Source of the DNA: Cladosporium halotolerans | Lineage: Eukaryota | DNA: 64,000 nt | Assembly (NCBI RefSeq): GCF_011745625.1 | Contig: NW_027191454.1 | Coordinates: 992,001-1,056,000 of the forward strand | Reading direction: 5' to 3' | Shown here: positions 53,182-64,000 of the stretch, one piece after another | Numbering within the stretch: the first letter of the stretch is position 1 | Layout of the letters: every line of letters starts with the position of its first letter | Made by a program: the position numbers and the translations under genes | The notes under the pieces: generated by a model | The model's database searches: none | What the model saw: the letters and a program-made list of their open reading frames with translations, nothing else | What the model was told of the DNA's origin: nothing

Positions 53182-54387
53182 TTACTCGACGCGCTTCTGG
53201 ATCTTTGGTCCACGAATTTGTCCGCGAATCCAGTCCGGCACGAAAGCTTTTAGGCCGATTGTCTCATCTCCAGCATGCACTGTGAACTTGTCCTCCGGAG
53301 TGTAGGGGCTTGGCTCGCCAGAGACAACAAGGTCGGTCATTTGTTCAAGTCTGCACATGCCCAATCCAATATTTCCGACACTGGCGATGAATTTGCCCGT
53401 AGGTCGTTTTCTCCTGTCGTCCTTCCTGATGTCTGTGTCGCTGTCGGGTAAAGAGAGGCCAAAAGATGGATCGTAGTCGAGCGACTCCGGGGATCCTACG
53501 GCCGGGTCATAAAGCGAAACGGGCAGAATGCGTCTCCGTACGACACCTGTGTGGTGTGTCCGGATGGTGAGTTCTTGTCCGATATAGCAGCCCTTTTTGA
53601 AGTCAATCCCGTTCATGAGATCGATATTCGCATTCATCGGCAAGGTCTCCTGCCTCGGAATCTCCTTCTGGCCTTCCGCCACGCCTCTCAAGTAACGACG
53701 AATCGTGTACGCGCTCAGCGGAGCCTCGTCCAGCCCGTCCAAAGCGGCGGTGTTCCCTACCAGACCGCTCTCTGAGCTCCAAGACGGCAACAGTATCCTC
53801 TGACCCATGCCAGGCGCTCGACAGTCCGTCAAGCCAATGGTTCCGTCTTCATGTACGCCCTGAGAGTGCGCAGTCCAGCGATCATCGTCCTTCCACGCAT
53901 TCCAGATGTCCAGCTCGCCTTCGTCCAGCATCCGGAGCGCGAGCTTGGCGCGCAATTTGTGTCTCTTGATGTGCTTGAACAGCGCAGAAGCATCATCTGC
54001 ATCCACCTCTACAAGGTAACCTTGGTCCTCGCTCTTGTTCACGTCGGCATGCCACTTCGAGCCGAGCGTCGGGTAAACGAAGACATCGTTCAGTACCTTG
54101 CCTGGAGCTGTGAGGAAGGCTGCATAGAAACCGTGCCGGGATTCTGGTCGGAGATTGTTCGTAATGATGCCTTGCAGGAACTTGGGAGCTTCGGGTCCGT
54201 GGAGAGAGATTAATCGGCGGTTCGTGAGCTTCGCTGCGCCTGAGGACGGAGGCGGAGGTGGAAGACTATTGGCTTGCGAGGAATATGATCGTTGGGTCTG
54301 GCGCTTCAAGCATCTTGCGCACGTGCTTGCTAATGTTGTAGGCGTGCGTGGGGAATACATTGTAGTTGTTGCTGTTTTAGAGAGCAT
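53182..54387 (-). CDS. IBA57: Mitochondrial Fe-S maturation factor Iba57/Caf17 (GcvT-like); start 54387 or 54360
   Basis: Presequence, RRLISLHGPEAPKFLQGIITN, FLTAPGKVLND, signature DFKKGCYIGQELTIRTHHTGVVRRRILP. Confidence 0.95.
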   Translation of the reverse strand: MLSKTATTTMYSPRTPTTLASTCARCLKRQTQRSYSSQANSLPPPPPSSGAAKLTNRRLISLHGPEAPKFLQGIITNNLRPESRHGFYAAFLTAPGKVLNDVFVYPTLGSKWHADVNKSEDQGYLVEVDADDASALFKHIKRHKLRAKLALRMLDEGELDIWNAWKDDDRWTAHSQGVHEDGTIGLTDCRAPGMGQRILLPSWSSESGLVGNTAALDGLDEAPLSAYTIRRYLRGVAEGQKEIPRQETLPMNANIDLMNGIDFKKGCYIGQELTIRTHHTGVVRRRILPVSLYDPAVGSPESLDYDPSFGLSLPDSDTDIRKDDRRKRPTGKFIASVGNIGLGMCRLEQMTDLVVSGEPSPYTPEDKFTVHAGDETIGLKAFVPDWIRGQIRGPKIQKRVE

Positions 54388-55058
54388 CAAGTTGTATGGT
54401 GGAACAAAGTGCTGCACAGCTTGCTCACGTCAGCGAGTTTCAGCCTCCACCGGTCGCTTCCCCAGCCGGCGGATGTGACACAAGGGATCTATATCCCGAC
54501 CTCACCTTATCCAATCGCAAGACCGTTATTGGAGAAAGTCGATGGTGTTAGCTGGTATGCATAGAACGTCGGAAGATTGCTGCGATGGGCGAAATGCACT
54601 CAGGGCCAGATGCTGACGCCTATCATGGTAGCTCAATTGTGGGACACCACCTGACGATAAACCTTGAATAACGTCTGAAGAACAGTCGCAGCTTGACATT
54701 CTGCTACAGAATGCAATTTAACACGTGCATTGAAGATAGAAACATCGTCCAGCCGTCGTGCGATCGCATAATATAGGGGATTGCGTTAGCTAGCGCCCTC
54801 CGGGCGAACGGCATGCAGATTTGAAGGAGAGTCGTGTGTTAGATGTTCGTAAATGCGTGCATCACCATAGGATGAATAGAATGTTTCTATCTCAGTTCAA
54901 ATTCAAAACTCGTCGGTATCTCTACCGAGTGCAAGCCTTTCGAAATTGACATTGTCAGGAAGAAGGACGTGCTTGAGGCGAAAGTTCAGCGTCAACCGGC
55001 AACTGCGAGCTTCACAGCTTGCATCAGACCAAACTGTTCGTCAACCCACTTTAACAAG

Positions 55059-56417
55059 ATGTTGCAAAACCTGAATTTGAAGCCATGGACTTCGACACCT
55101 CGAAGAAGATACCGCCTGGTAGACGCCAGCATTATAGACGTCAAAGACGGCAATGTATATGAACACTGCACCATCGATCTCCTGGACGGACGCATACACC
55201 GGCTATCGAAGCTCTCTCAGGGACCCTCCTCGGGCGACGAAGTGCTGTCATGGACGCAAGGAGACGAGGTGACTGTGATAAACCTCGCTGGTAAATTCGT
55301 CATGCCCGGCCTTATCGACTGCCACGTCCACCTTGCCACGCCCCCGGGTGAAGATGGTCTCAAAGACACGATGAACCAGGACCCGGACACGTCGCTACTC
55401 AGGCAACCTTATCTTGCGCACCAAATGCTGCGCAGAGGCTTCACTACGGTCAGAGATTGCGGCGGAGCAGGTCTGGCGCTCAAGGAAGCTCTCGAGGAAG
55501 GTCTTCACCCTGGACCCAGGTTATTCATCGCTGGGCACGGTATCAGCCAGACCGGCGGGCACGGCGACCTTCGCGGCTCCAAAGACGCCGAGTACCAATG
55601 CTGCGGTGGCAACACCCACGGCCTCGGACGTATTGCAGACGGTGTGGACCAGTGCTTACACGCCGCCCGCGAGGAGATCCGGCAGGGCGCAGACTTTATC
55701 AAAATCATGGTCTCCGGCGGCGTCGTATCGCCTACCGACCGACTCACAAACACACAGTACTCACGAGACGAGATTGCAGCTTTCACCAAAGTCGCAAACA
55801 TGTCCGGCACCTACGTCACCGCGCACGCCTACACGCCCGTGGCCATCCAGCACGCCGTCCACCAAGGCGTCCGCGGCATCGAGCACGGCAACCTCCTTGA
55901 CGAGGAAACCGCAAAGCTCATGCAGGCCCGCGACGTTTTCCTCACACCCACGCTCATCACCTACCAGGCCATGGCCTCGCAGGAGTTCGGCAACTTCCTC
56001 CCGCCCTCCATCGCGGCGAAGAACTTGCAAGTCCTCGAGGCCGGCCTCAAATCCATACAGATCGCCGACCAGGCCGGCGTCACCATGTGCTACGGTACGG
56101 ATCTGCTCGGCCCTCTGCAGGTCATGCAGACTGGTGGTTTCGCGCTGCTCAGGCAGGCGGGCCAGAGCCCGCTGAAGATCTTGCAGTCGGCTACTATCAA
56201 TGCGGCGAAGATGCTAGAGCGGGAGGACCAGCTGGGCAGGATTAAGGAGGGGTATTTGGCGGACCTGCTTATTTTGAATGCGAACCCACTGGAGAAGATT
56301 GAGGTGCTCAACAGCCCGGAGAGGCACCTTATGGCTGTCATTAAAGATGGGCGTGTGCTGGATAGCAGGTGGAGCAAGCTGGCGAAAGAGGAGGTTAGGA
56401 GTAATATCATCGAGTGA
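55059..56417 (+). CDS. Metal-dependent amidohydrolase (Xaa-Pro dipeptidase/prolidase-like, amidohydrolase_1)
   Basis: MPGLIDCHVH, GFTTVRDCGG, SQTGGHGD, GADFIKIM, AHAY, IEHG, GTD, G.LADLLIL..NPL; intronless. Confidence 0.92.
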   Translation: MLQNLNLKPWTSTPRRRYRLVDASIIDVKDGNVYEHCTIDLLDGRIHRLSKLSQGPSSGDEVLSWTQGDEVTVINLAGKFVMPGLIDCHVHLATPPGEDGLKDTMNQDPDTSLLRQPYLAHQMLRRGFTTVRDCGGAGLALKEALEEGLHPGPRLFIAGHGISQTGGHGDLRGSKDAEYQCCGGNTHGLGRIADGVDQCLHAAREEIRQGADFIKIMVSGGVVSPTDRLTNTQYSRDEIAAFTKVANMSGTYVTAHAYTPVAIQHAVHQGVRGIEHGNLLDEETAKLMQARDVFLTPTLITYQAMASQEFGNFLPPSIAAKNLQVLEAGLKSIQIADQAGVTMCYGTDLLGPLQVMQTGGFALLRQAGQSPLKILQSATINAAKMLEREDQLGRIKEGYLADLLILNANPLEKIEVLNSPERHLMAVIKDGRVLDSRWSKLAKEEVRSNIIE

Positions 56418-57898
56418 TGCAGATAGATGCGACAACGGTGCAGCGCGATGGAAACACAGTCGGCTTGTGATTATTCATTATTGGAGCCGGCCTGCAAAGA
56501 GAGGCTCTCGTCCCGGCCGATACGAACTTCCGCGCGCGCGGCACCATTTTTGCCGTCAATTTTAAATATCCGAAAGCCGTGCCGTAATATTATATGAAGA
56601 TCGAGCATCGAAGAATAATCAAGTCTCAGCCTCGGAGCATCAGATAGATAGATGTCGTATTATACGATAGACGATGTCATTATGCCAAGTGCGCTCGCTC
56701 GTGCGGCTCACATCATCACGGCAGCTAGCGAGATGATTGTCGGCAGGGCTGCTCGCAACGTCTCTCTGCAGACACAAACCTGATTGTTGTCAGAGCTCAT
56801 CCACACGTTGAAAAACGTCTGAGGTCGTCATCCGCAACTTGCCGAGCACAGGCTCGACGGGGTGCAAGCGAGGCTGGTGGGAAGCACAGGCGATGGTGGC
56901 GGTCAAGGATCACCGCGAGGACGAGAGTCATACACCCTCTGCTATACCACTCGTTCGCGTGCGAAGTCGTCGGCGTCGGCACAGAGTCCGATGCCGATCT
57001 CTCTTGACAGCTGAAAAGGGATTCTCGGAGCAGCGGCATGTGGTCCTGAGTTTGCGCCAGCGAGCAGTGACCGCCCAAAGCGGCGAGAATCGACGGCCAC
57101 CCGACCTCAAAGATCCTGAGCATTCGTATGACCGCTCGTCGGACAGCCCAAAGGCAACAGACGCCACGTCACTAGCCACCATCACGAGGCACGCGCGTGC
57201 AGGATTCAAGAAATCTGTCGCCGATCTGTAGGGCTAAATCTCCGACGGTTCTGCGGTTAGCGCAATACAGCTGCCGGACAGCTTGGCGATATGACGGCAC
57301 AAACCTGCTCCAAGACCACCACCGTGCAGATTGTCGTCAACACCCCATATCCCCTGTCCCCAGCAACGCGCCATCCCACGCGCAACACCCCAAAATGTCT
57401 TTCCATACCCGCTTTGCCGCTCGCTGGGGCGTCCGTCGGCCAGCAGCGCCGGTAGCGAGCTATGCGTGTCCCTGCGCTCGGTCCTCTGCCCGCGACAGCA
57501 TCGCGCGATCTGGCGTGGATGGGTCGCTTTAATGTCGGGTCTGGAGCATGAAGCAGGGAAAAGCATCGCGCCATGGCAGTTTCAATCCAGTGGCTAGCTA
57601 GGCACGAGCCCAAGGTGATGGTGTTGTGACGTTCGCACTGCTGCTTTCAGCCAGATGGGCATCCTATCCCTGCCTGTTTTTGTAGGGTAGGGCACCTGCC
57701 GTTAGCGCGTCGCATTCTTCGTGCAACAACATTGATAGGTAAACTCCTGCTGTCGCAAACTTCTCCCTGCCCTCTTCTCCTCTCCTCTTCCAGCATCGCT
57801 CAACATCAACCAACGCAAGACACATCGGTCTCGATTGAATTAATCAACAGCATTAACACAAACATCACCAACCACATCAACATCCAAACACCGCAACA

Positions 57899-58213
57899 AT
57901 GGGCGCCGTCGCATCCTGCGTATGTCTCCCTCGCCTCCCCACCGCGCATATACAACAGCCTCACTAACAAATTCCCAGTTCAACTCCGTGGTCTCGGCCA
58001 TCACCGCCTGCTTCATGGCCATTGTCAACGCCATCGTGACCGTCTGCAAGGCCATCATCAACGTAAGAACCCCTCACCTGGCCCACCCAATCTTCGAAGA
58101 ACTTGTCCCCTAACAACACACAGGGCATCGTCGCCTTCTTCTCCCTCCTCGCCAACTGCCTGACCTGCGGCAAGGCCGGCGGCCGCCGTAAAGCGACGAC
58201 CAGCGCCGTCTAG
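57899..58213 (+). CDS. 64-aa hydrophobic Cys-rich microprotein; exons 57899-57919, 57979-58062, 58124-58213
   Basis: ACAATGG start context; two phase-0 introns (GTATGT..CACTAAC..CAG; GTAAGA..CCTAAC..CAG) give MGAVASCFNSVVSAITACFMAIVNAIVTVCKAIINGIVAFFSLLANCLTCGKAGGRRKATTSAV with strong C-ending codon bias. Confidence 0.88.
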
Positions 58214-59325
58214 CGGCGGCACTCTCGACACAACACACCCGACACGAGTCGAGGTCGAGGGTGCCTGACGACGCGCACTGCAGGACGATGACGAAGGATT
58301 TCTTGGGGAATTAATGGGAGACGCTCGACGACAACGACCGACGACCGCTTACTTTGACGACCCGAGGACCACGCACACGTTTGGATTCATGATACCCTGA
58401 TGCATGCATTAGCTTTTCTGGTTTGATGTTCTGGTTTCTCTGCTTTGGTTTGGGAGGATGCGACGCGAGGCGATGAACGGACTTTCTCTTTTCTATACCA
58501 CGAAGGGAGGAAGGAGTTGAATAGCCGCCGTTAATGAATAATAATGTATCTTGCACTGAGAGAACTCGGAATCCTCAATTCGATCACCGGATCACGGCTT
58601 CATAGTGGCAACTTTGATTCTCAGGGAATCTTAGTCTCCACCGAAGGGATTTCTTATCCCTGGGGTTCAGATACCGTGCTGCTTGGTCTACACATAGCGC
58701 TGGACCCTAATGCATGTTTTGACAGCCCTACAGTGCCACTAGCTTACGGATTGGCCGACCGTAAGCGGCCGTTGCGCCTTTCAAGGGCGGGACAAATGTT
58801 GGACTTCCCGTACATTCATCATCAAATGCGCTCGCACCGAACACGAATGAGGAAACACTCTAGCAAGTAGTATGAATACAATTTCCGATTCCAAACGCAA
58901 CTACCAATATTCAAAAACTAAGCACGCTGGTCTCTGTGAAGGCGAAAGACAGGCGAGCAGTCTCGCGCTTCCGAAGCCCAAACCAAGGGGCTTTGTACAA
59001 GGCGCGAGAAAGGCGGGCCTGTCTTCCCCAGGGTAATGTAAAAGCAACTCGACGGCAAAACACTCAAAAAAGCAAAGGTCGGATTATCGCTCCCGGTGTC
59101 GTACGCCCATTATCGTCAAAGTAGAAGGTTCCCGCGGCCCGGAAGGGTGATGGTATTGGGTGTTTGTTTTTGTTCGGGTCGTCGGGAAGGGGTGTGTCTC
59201 GCTCGCGTGGCCTGCTTCCGGCGCGGCTGGGAGGCTACAACAGAGTAGAATCCTCCTCCGGCCCCCGTCAACGTGGATTTCCGCGAATATTTTGTTCGGG
59301 GTATTTCGTGATGCGGCGCGGCGCT

Positions 59326-59910
59326 CTAGTTCTTCGATGCAATGACTGCGAGAGGGTATCCGTTAGCTTCCTCCGTGCTCCTTGTTTGTTTGGCATGCCT
59401 CGGCTCTGGCCGCTCTTGCGGGATTCGCTTACCTGAGGGGACGATGATGACCACCAGCAGGATGATGATGCCCACGATGATGCAGATGCGCATCTTCATG
59501 TCCTTCCACCACATCTGCTTGCGCACGCGATTGGCGCCGCGGCGGAAGCCCTGCGCGGACGTCGCCAGGTTGTCGGTCTTGTCTTGCAGGGCGTCGAGGC
59601 GGTCGCCGCGCTGCGAGGCTTTGTTCAGGTTGTCTTGCATCTGGCGCACTGTGCTGTCGATTTCCTGTTGTCGCGGGCCACGCGGTTAGCTGGGTTGCTC
59701 CGTGGTCTCGCTGAGCGGTTGCTGCCTGTTTGCGCATCCTTGAGATATGCTGCGGCGGCTTGCATGCCGCGCGAACATCTTTCGTAGGTGTCGCAATTGA
59801 AGCATGTTGGGTAGACTCACCCTCTGCAGTTCATCGGTGCGCGAGCCGCCTGCCTGGCCGGCATCGTGATCGCGGTTGTACGGGGGATCGTAGGGCTGCT
59901 CGCGGTCCAT
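59326..59910 (-). CDS. SNC1: Synaptobrevin/VAMP R-SNARE (Snc1/Snc2); introns 59665..59820 and 59346..59432
   Basis: [70 protein letters not shown] followed by a TM helix and |VIASKN*. Confidence 0.95.
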
Positions 59911-60428
59911 CGTGAAGGGTGTGGAGGATGATTTCGAGGAAGGGTCGGATATTCAGGGAGATGGCGTTGATGAGGATGGGGTCGTGTGCGCAAGGGTTGT
60001 GGTTGTTGTGTTGGAGGCTGGGTTGTTGGTCGTCAGACTGAGCGTTGTCTAGGGACGTCGCGCCTCTGGGGGGCTTGGTCAGGTCTTTGGCTTGGCTGAG
60101 ACGTCAGCTTGTCCGCAGCAAGCCTCACCTTATTAACCTCGCCACCGCCGCACCAGCGTTTGACACAAAATGTTTGAATATCCGTGGACCTGTTTATACA
60201 TTCTTCATTAAAGCTATCGGTCAAGCAAAAATTGAACTACTGTTTACAAAAGACCGCTGCTTTCATGCTCTGCCATGATGGGCGAGAGAAAGCCACCTCT
60301 CTGGTCGTCCTTGTCACTTGACAACACCATACTGCTAGCTCCTCAAGCGCTCATCATCTGCCCAGTCTAGAATATAGTTCAGTTGGAACTCGGTGCTAAT
60401 GGCGCTCGCCGTGGCAGAGACTTCCACC

Positions 60429-61851
60429 TCAGTCCATGCGAACTTCAGCGCCAACCCTGCCTTTAGCTGACATAAGCTCGTTGCGCACCATCATCCACTC
60501 ATCCATTGAACCGACTGGCTCAACGTAGAAGTCCTCACCGTTCACATCAACCGCCACCGAACGCACGATTTTACCCACGAAGCGCTGTGACACCCCCTGG
60601 AAGAACTCGTCTCTTGTCTGCCCCGGATACCAGTACATTCGCCTAGTTTGCATGTTTGCAGCACCTTCGGGCTTTAGACGAATCTCCACCTTAGCCGTAC
60701 CGTCATCGACTAGGCTCAAGGAGCCTTCCGTTGATTGGAAGATACTGGAGTTCCTCTGTGACATCGTTTCGATTGCCTGCGGGGGTGTTTGCTCGAATGC
60801 CGGGGCGGTTCCGGTGAGCGGAGGTCCCTCCTGGCGATCGCAAGCTTGAACCTCCGTTAAGGTAGCGTTAGACGCTGGAACACTCATGTTGTCCAAGTCT
60901 TGGTTCGCCAGCATAGCCGAGTTCACCAAAGATGCGATTGAACGGGGGTAGTCGGAATGTGCGTTCGCACTCTTTTGCCTCATGGGAAGGCTCTCAATCC
61001 GATTGGCGAGATCAGCACTGATGTATTCGCCCTGACCAGCGTTTTGCTCTGTCCCGAGCTGCTCAGCTGAGAGCGGCTCGGCGCTCGTAATGCTCATGTT
61101 CCTCGAAAACAGACTTACACGCACGCGATCGTGTTGCTCGCTCAATGCTTGAATGTACAGGGTAGTCTCCCGTAAGCTCCAATCCCTACGCCAGGTTTCG
61201 AGAAATTGTTGGTAGCCGGCGAGCACGAGCGGGTCATTCAAGTCCTCAACTATTCGGCCAAGCCCATTTTGCTCCTCGATGGCATCGAGCGAAGCGTCAA
61301 TTTTCACTCCATAAGGGCCTTCCATACCACGGTACGTGCCCCAACCAGTATATTCCTTGAGCTTCTTCCCTTCGATCAGAAGATGGTGGTTCTTCTTGAT
61401 TATTTTGTGCAGGTAATGATATTGCGAATTTACCGCGCGTCGACCAGAACGCTGTGTATTGCCTGGGATCCCGCTTTCGTCGCCAAGGTTGGACTTTTCG
61501 GCACTCATATCATTGCCACTAGTTTCTTCTGATGGTTCGAACACGATTCTGCTGCGCGCGAGGTTCAAATCAGCTCTGCTTGCTTCTTGATAGCAAGTTT
61601 CGTACTCACTCTCCGTTTTCTCCCACGGTCTCGTCGATGCGCGGACCCGCTCCTCCATTGCGCAACGCACCATTGGCATTGGCGCTCGAAAACCGTTTCA
61701 CTAGCCCGACCACCGTGTCATCGAGCTCGACTCCATCGATATGGTCCAAGCCCCGGAGATGTTGGATCAAACCGTGGCACTCTGCATCCAGCATGAATTG
61801 TTCGCGTGTCCACGCAGCATAGCAGTCACCGAACAGGGGCTCGAGCACCAT
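60429..61851 (-). CDS. Hypothetical protein; intron 61552..61609; 5' end may extend further upstream
   Basis: A GTGAGT..GCTGAT..CAG intron joins ORF 61606..61851 in frame to ORF 60429..61679; a further acceptor near 61933 suggests an upstream exon; no family recognised. Confidence 0.6.
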
Positions 61852-62255
61852 AGTTTCGGCAGGCGGCTTGCGTGTCTGGATCGGTGCAACGGCGCTTCTC
61901 TCTTCTGGAAATTGATGTTTGGTAGAAGTTGACTGTAGCTCACTGGTGGTCAGTTGACACTGATGTATTGGTGAGCAGAATGTCTTGGCACCGCAGGCCT
62001 CACTCTTTGGACCCTTGAACGCTCGTCAGGAAGTGAAGTGAGCTTCGCTGCCGCCTAAAGCGAATCACATGATCGACGGCGTGTTGAGGTGCGCTTCGCT
62101 CTGACCCTCTACAAAGAAAGTTTCTTTCTGCTCTAAATGGGAGTCAGCATACCTCATCCTCCACGCCTGCACCGTTGTCTATTGCATTTTGACAGTCTTC
62201 TCGTCGCTCCCGACTTTGAAACGGTTCGACTTTGCGGAGTTTTCTCAACGCAGCA

Positions 62256-64000
62256 ATGGCGACAAACATTGCCGCAAATCTCATGGCCGCACTCACGCGC
62301 GAATGGCAGGCTTTAGGCCTGCACGACATTGGCTCCGGCCTACCAGGGACCTATTCTTCAGTGATTGCAGTGACCTGCCTCAGTCGAGACATCTACCTCG
62401 CAGCCCGAGAGCAGTCTCAAGGCTCTGGTTTTCTCCCGAACGGAGAGTTGGACGCAGATGAAGCAAGCTCGCTACGTAATAAGATTCGGGATCAGGTCCT
62501 CTTCCCCTTACTGTGTACGGGGACAAAGCCGTATGGATCATGGATCTGGCCGGAACAAGCGGTGTCTGTGATGCACTCTGAATCGGTTCTGCATTCGCCG
62601 CCGATCGCACAAAAACTCACATGGTCCTCAGATGGAGACCGCCAAACGTAAGTGGCCCAGGGTATGCGTATTCGAAGCTCTGAGCTCACTGTTGGACAGT
62701 ATCCTCGACAGAGTTCTCAAAATCATGCTTTTGGATGTGCAGTTCGTGAAGCATCAAGCTACCCAGCAAGATCTATCCCGTCAAACGCCAGTGGAGCCAA
62801 TGGCATTAAGTGCTGCAGACCATGAAGAGTATAGCTTACTCTCACAGTTCGCAACCCCAAGACACTAATGGAGTCACAGGCTTGCGTCTCAGATCAAGAA
62901 AGTCGTCATAGAGACAAGTGGTCTCGATGTCATTGCCCCGTCCTCGAAGGGAACCTTAGGAGCAGAGACGCACCTGCCTTTCGGCGGGCAGTTGTGTGCT
63001 CAAGAATTCCTCGAAGAGACACCCGACAATGTCTTCTGCTTTTGCCCCGATCAGCCCGATCATCACATCGAAGGGCGCTGGTCATTCAACCAGCTCGTCG
63101 CCGAGTGGCAATCCGCAAGCCCAGACCGCCGCAAGACACGTGGTATCTTTCCAGACGCCCGGAAGACTAGTTCTACCATACCATACGAAGCATGTACAGT
63201 GCGCTGCACCTGTGCCAAATGTAAAGCTGGTGAAGCGTACCAACTCAAGTGCGTGCCTTTCCCATTTGGCAATGGCTATGAAACGGTAAGTATCCACCAG
63301 GATCTTGACACTAGGAACCCACGCTGATCTTTTTGCAGATTCTCATCCATCAGTTTCGAAGGGAGGGCGAAACATGGGCTGTCATCCTCACGGATTACGG
63401 CGGCCACATTCCGGTTTACCGACTTTGGGGCGCTTTCCAAGGTGACCTGACGGTGACGGGAGATAGCGAGTACGTCGTGCTCCAGGAGACTAGCGATGAT
63501 AAACCCGGGAACGACTCTCACGATGCCAACAATGACGGCAGACACTCAGCACAGCAATACAGCCAGAGCGCTTCCCCTGAAGACCCCGAAGAGTACGAGG
63601 ACGATGGCGACGACAATGAGTTTTCCCCCATATCCCAGAGAAAGCGGAAGAGGAACAGCAAAATGTCCCAACACGCGCAACCGGAAACGAAGAGACGCAA
63701 GTCGCGGAAAGGGCCATCAACAAATGACAAAGACCCTGGTCCCCTTCTGTCTACGCCAATGGATGCTAATGCATCAAAGGGTGGCCTGCCGATTTCCCAG
63801 GATAATAAGCGGCGACCGAGCCGGGATCTCACAAAGCCTCTCCAGACTCAGCCTGACAACGACGATGATGAAGAGATCCCACTCGCCAAGTGGCGTATTC
63901 GACGTGGTTCGCCTGCTACGAAGGTCAGTGCCCAGCAGCCGAATCCGCAGAGGCGTCTATTGGCTTCACACGACTCCAATTTAGCTGTTGTGTACAACAG
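62256..64000 (+). CDS. Hypothetical multi-exon protein (3'-truncated); introns ~62648..62699, 62829..62879, 63286..63338
   Basis: Three canonical introns give one frame open to the window end, with Cys/His-rich segment CFCPDQPDHH..CTVRCTCAKC, an acidic tract and NLS-like RKRKR..KRRKSRK. Confidence 0.68.

Noticed and set aside
56965..57000. Short stem TCGGCGTCGG..CCGATGCCGA and the ORF 56839-57231
   Set aside because: A 10-bp stem is expected by chance at this GC content, and the ORF has no ATG start or motif.
7784..59910. Apparent enrichment of trafficking genes (flippase, TRS31, synaptobrevin)
   Set aside because: Ordinary housekeeping genes separated by many unrelated loci; no sign of a cluster.
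1..64000. Transposons, RIP-degraded repeats, tRNA/rRNA genes, CRISPR arrays, PKS/NRPS genes
   Set aside because: No transposase/RT motifs, terminal repeats, AT-rich RIP blocks, cloverleaf or rRNA signatures, or spaced repeats were recognised by eye.

Overview
Gene-dense chromosomal DNA from a filamentous ascomycete (short GT-AG introns with CTRAY branch points; Dothideomycete-like is my guess, not proven). About 26 protein-coding loci are supported. In order: a maltose/alpha-glucoside-type MFS permease and a MalR/AmyR-like Zn2Cys6 regulator, GH10 xylanase, GH43 xylosidase, DNF3-like P4-ATPase, TRS31, SLC10A7/Rch1-like transporter, Zn-alcohol dehydrogenase, full-length CAND1, a predicted mitochondrial membrane protein, RPC4, an unknown protein, a GH16-like gene with an in-frame TAG and lost catalytic residues, a Cdc25-type RasGEF, an AmdA-like C2H2 factor, a Kre1-like secreted protein, two orphan genes (one frameshifted, with a ubiquitin-tail-like LHLRGG), CSL4, an SDR, IBA57, an amidohydrolase, a 64-aa three-exon microprotein missed by the ORF track, synaptobrevin, and two divergent lineage-specific genes. 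I recognised no RNA genes, transposons or CRISPR arrays. The best leads are the GH16 stop codon, the LRGG orphan, a possible non-AUG extension of the C2H2 factor, the 11-mer-repeat microprotein, and recurring C-rich to G-rich skew switches. All exon boundaries were read by eye and no database search was run.
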